A stretch of DNA of 64,000 nt, from NCBI GenBank assembly GCA_965235115.1, contig OZ249440.1, positions 33,544,001 through 33,608,000 of the forward strand, written 5' to 3'. Made by a program: the position numbers and the translations under genes. A model generated the notes under the pieces. The model was not told the origin of the DNA. It did not search any database and was given only the letters and a program-made list of their open reading frames with translations. The stretch is from Laetmonice hystrix. Lineage: Eukaryota. The stretch's first letter is position 1. Each line of letters opens with the position of its first letter. Below are positions 59,929 to 64,000 of the stretch, one piece after another.

Positions 59929-61304
59929 ATGTCTTCTACAGGAAGCTGCGTGGCCTGCGACAAGGAGGTGCGTCCCCGACAGGAGGCCCTACAGTGCGAC
60001 GCGTGTGATCGTTGGCAGCACCGGGTAGGCCAGACCGGCATCACCCGTGCCGACTACCGGAGGCTGGTGAAGGGAGAGATTGAGGTCTTCGTCTGGCGGT
60101 GCCGTAACTGCAGTGTCTTCGTTCCGGCCCTGGCTGACAGCTTCCACGACCAAGTGCCCCTGGCTGAGAGTACCGGCCTTGCCGTGGAGATCACGGAAGG
60201 TATGCGAGACCAAGAGGAACCAGAGATGATCGTACTGTTAGAAGATGGGCCGACGACATTCCAGGTAGTACAGTGAGGGTCGCAGAGGCGTTGTGGATAC
60301 CTTCTCGTCAACAGCCTGGGTGGATCTGCAGCAAGAGGCAGAGCCAGTGCTACGCAACTGTTAACCAGAGAAAGTCCGTGTTCCTCAGGGGTCCATGGGA
60401 GCACAACCAGGCAGGCGACCCAGGTGTAATGCTGCGAACCAAGGCCAGAGTAATGGTTAGTATAGGTCTGGTCTATAGATACATTGTATAATGTTATGCA
60501 ATGCCAATAATTAGGCAAACATTGTAATAATAATTTGATGAAAGTGACCATATCGACATTATATTTATTGTACTTACATTTAACCATACTTACATTTAAC
60601 CATACTAACTATATAGTTTCTTTTGTTCTTGCAGGTGAAGGAAGCGGCAGCCAAGGACATGTACAAGTCATCCTGCGCCTCCAGACTACAGGCGATGTCC
60701 TGCCCGTTGCTGACCACTTGCAGAGATCAGCTAACCGGGTACGGGAGCGGCTGAGACCGACACACCCGACAGATGCTGATTTTGAGGCGAGTACATGTAT
60801 ACATAATGGGCCTAGGCCCTCCCAGTCACATATAAATCATGCGGTATACAATTCAATTATTTTTATACACAATACTGCCGATATATCTGGACATGTAGCC
60901 AATCCAATATTTCCCCATGCATGTTTCAGCTGGAGATGAGTCACGTCCCACGACGACCAACGACATCTCATCTTTGCCACTCCTCAACAACTGGGACATC
61001 TCAGCAAGGCGAAGATATGGTTTGTGGACGGAACTTTCAAGGTAGCCCGACACCCGTTTATGGAGGTTCTCAGCATACACAGTTTCATCCGTTCCGGCGA
61101 CTGCATGAAGCAAGTTCCCCTGTGCTTCGTCCTCATGACTAGACGCCGACTACAAGGCCGTGTTCAGTGCCATTCTCCAACTACTAGAGTCAGAGCCTGC
61201 CGTCGCTGAGGTCGTAGTCGACTTTGAAAAGGCGATCTGGAGCTCGCCACACCACTGCCTGCCGTGGCTGTTGGTTCCGCTGGGCCCAGGCAGTCTATCG
61301 GAAG
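59929..61304 (+). pseudogene. MULE (Mutator-like) transposase with PHD finger and FLYWCH-like domain; spliced, decayed and truncated
   Basis: CVAC...CDACDRWQH...WRCRNC; WICSKR..C...EHN; WFVDGTFKV; QVPLCFVLM; VVDFEKAIW; WAQAVYRK|gt. Acceptors ttgcag (~60634) and tttcag (~60929). Confidence 0.8.
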
Positions 61305-62507
61305 GTAAACCCTTTTAGACATGTTTTGCCCTATCATTTGCACCTGTTCGTAAGGATGTGAAACAAATTTAACCCATAAATATTTATTGTATGTTGCTAA
61401 TGCGAAAACGAGTACCTGAGGAGGTGCAGCGAGTAAACGGACCACGCCAAGGATTAGGACGCTTAACATGACGAATTATTAACAGATGTAGTGTTACCCA
61501 TGTTTTTATTAAATCTATTTCAAAATAAAGCTGATTGTTGATAGGCCTACGTATAACGTGCCGAATATTGTGCAGAAGATACTTTCTAAAACTTAAGCTT
61601 TGTTGACTTGTACATCATAGAGAGTGAAAGTGGAAGGGACTGAGTGACAGGGACTATCTGTTTCGTTTTTCTAAAACTTAATAGCTTGCATGGTTGACTT
61701 GTACATCGTACAGAGTGATATATGATAGAGACCGAGTGATATGGACTATCTATGTTGTTTATTTATGTTTTGCAATAAAAGTGTAGAGTTTTTTACTGAA
61801 CATTACTGGCATCTCGTTTTGAATGTATCAGGTCTGTGATAATCCCATCCTACCTTCAGATCAGATTGAACTCATCTACCTTTCCCCTGCTAAGTTGAAA
61901 GCAAGACCGAAACGTATGCAAAGCACTAATATGTGAAACGATCCATGGCCCTCCCCCTCCCATATATAGGTCCTACTAGTGCCGTAGCCTAGAGGCAGAT
62001 TTTCAATGGAAAAATAAAACAGATAATTAATGGCGTTATATTATACACTTATTAAATGATACTGGGTTTTATGCACGAATCCAACATCCTGAAGCAACTC
62101 GTGCATAAAACCCAGTATCGTTCAATAAGTGATTTATTATATGGGCTTAACATGTGACATTTAAAGACACAATTATGCAAAAAAAAAAGGTAATTTACCG
62201 GGGATTCGTCCACACATCCATCACGGATCAGCTGATTTCGGGAACTCTTAGTGTAGTAATCTCATTGGAATATCATGTAAACCTCCCGAGCAACTGTTAC
62301 TGGGATATGATTTTTATAAATAATTCTTTTTGATTATATAGTTGATACTTTCTATATCAAACTCTTTTTGAAATTTTAGGAAGAAATGAAGAAAAAAGTC
62401 AATGATATTAACTGTGGAACTATTTTATTACGGCACAATCAGCCGTATAGCCTACGTGTTATGCGTCGGCACACTGTAAACAAACAACTGGGACTGGGGT
62501 GAGATAC

Positions 62508-64000
62508 TCCCCGTGGGGACCGGGGTAAGAATGTAACAGGCGAATAAATGGGGCGACTTGTTTGCCGTGAGTCGCGACCCGTGTCGGTGGAGGAAGAGGT
62601 CCTGGTACCTGAGGACGGTGAATTGCTGAGGCTTTTCACAGGTCCAACACGGTGCTTTGGCTCCTACTTCACCTAGACGGGAGGTTGGAGAGGCCCGCCT
62701 TCCCCTAGGATTTTTTGTATTGAGTACCCTTTACAGTGGATTTAATTCTCTTATACAATAGGCAACATCAATGGTAACTATTTCTTCTTTATTCCTAGAA
62801 GGCGGTGGCTTAGGGTCAATCAAGTAATGGCAACACCCTCTTTCGTTCCATTGCTTGAGTATACCAACCCTATACCCTTGGTTTGCAACTGCTGGTTACC
62901 GCAGCTCTGCACTTCCCCTTGTTGGTGGGGAATAGGGTTGGTGAAACAATCTAACACAAACATGGCATCAAACAATCCCCCAAAACGAAAACTACTGAAA
63001 CTAACGGACTCTGACTCGGACCAGTCTATGGAGAATAAACACTTTACGGAATGGCCTCGTTTCATCATTGTTGAATCGGCAGAAGCTGAACGACCAATAT
63101 CTAAGCTATCCCCTTTTGCCATACATAAAGGCATATTGGGGATAGCTGGAACAGTCAAAGATTGTAAACGTTTGAGGTGTGGCCAACTGTTGGTAGAGTG
63201 TGCCACGAAGGCCCAATCTGCAAACCTGCTGAGTGCCACAGTACTCGCAGGTTACAGTATTAGGCCTCTCGTCACCGGACGCTCAACTCCAGCAAGGGTG
63301 TTATTAGAACAAACTCTCTTGACACCACAACTGAACAGGAGATCCTTGCTGGGTTGAGCTGGCAAGGTGTGTCGGAAGTCAGAAGATTGATAGTGAAACG
63401 AGATGGTAACACCATCAAGACACACACATATTTTCTGACATTCGACAGGCCCACTCTACCAGATGAACTCGAGATTGGCTTTCTAAGGGTAAAAGTCGAT
63501 CCCTATATCCCAAATCCTCTGCGTTGCTTTAAGTGCCAGAGGTTTGGGCATGGGACCGACTCATGTAGAAATGAACAAAAATGTTCTCAGTGCGCTGAAA
63601 CAGGACATGACCATACAAGCTGTCAAAAGCCTGCTAAATGTGCCAACTGCGGGCAAGGTCATTCCACTGTTTCACGCGACTGCTCCGTGTGGAAGAAGGA
63701 GAAAGAAATCCTAAAGGTTAAAACAGAGAGAAAACTTAGTTTCCCTCAGGCACGAAAGTTGGTGGAGGAATATTTGCTTCCACCAACAGTTAAAACCTAT
63801 GCTGCCGCTGTTAAGCCTACCACACGGACTTTCGCTTGTCAAACGGAGATGGCATGGGTCAAGGGGGATAAACCTGTGACCTACCCTGATCCCACTGACA
63901 GCATAAATGAACTGCCTAAGAAAGCCATCTCGAGTAAGCCACCTAAAAAATCCACCTCAACACAGAGCCAGACAACCTCGGTTCCTCCTCCACAGGCCGG
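62508..64000 (+). mobile_element. Second copy of the I-group LINE (5' UTR and ORF1, running off the window)
   Basis: Highly similar to the reverse complement of 50400-51951, with 5' UTR deletions and an ORF1 frameshift near 63262. Confidence 0.93.

Overview
This window is animal genomic DNA, not prokaryotic: it has GT-AG spliced exons, LINEs, a Nin-type SINE and many cut-and-paste transposons, which suggests a lophotrochozoan-like invertebrate. One host gene can be rebuilt on the minus strand from 4 phase-0 exons (33249-33148, 22107-21835, 19546-19274, 17959-17732). It encodes 291 aa with a signal peptide, a coral SAARP/CARP4-like core lacking acidic tracts, and a GPI-like tail. Most other sequence is nested mobile DNA: a decayed LINE, an Academ element (5217-13807, 3-bp TSD), a full-length Nimb/I-clade LINE (46304-51952, 12-bp TSD) plus a second copy, Ginger-like and MULE transposase relics, and hAT, Kolobok and Harbinger non-autonomous elements. 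The most notable signal is three separate, diverged NADAR (YbiA-like) domains: two fused behind L1-like LINE ORF1 proteins and one fused in front of an SGNH hydrolase. Also notable are a pseudoknot-forming RNA at the exact 5' end of the LINE and a hammerhead-like core inside a palindrome. All family assignments come from motif recognition by eye; no database searches were run.
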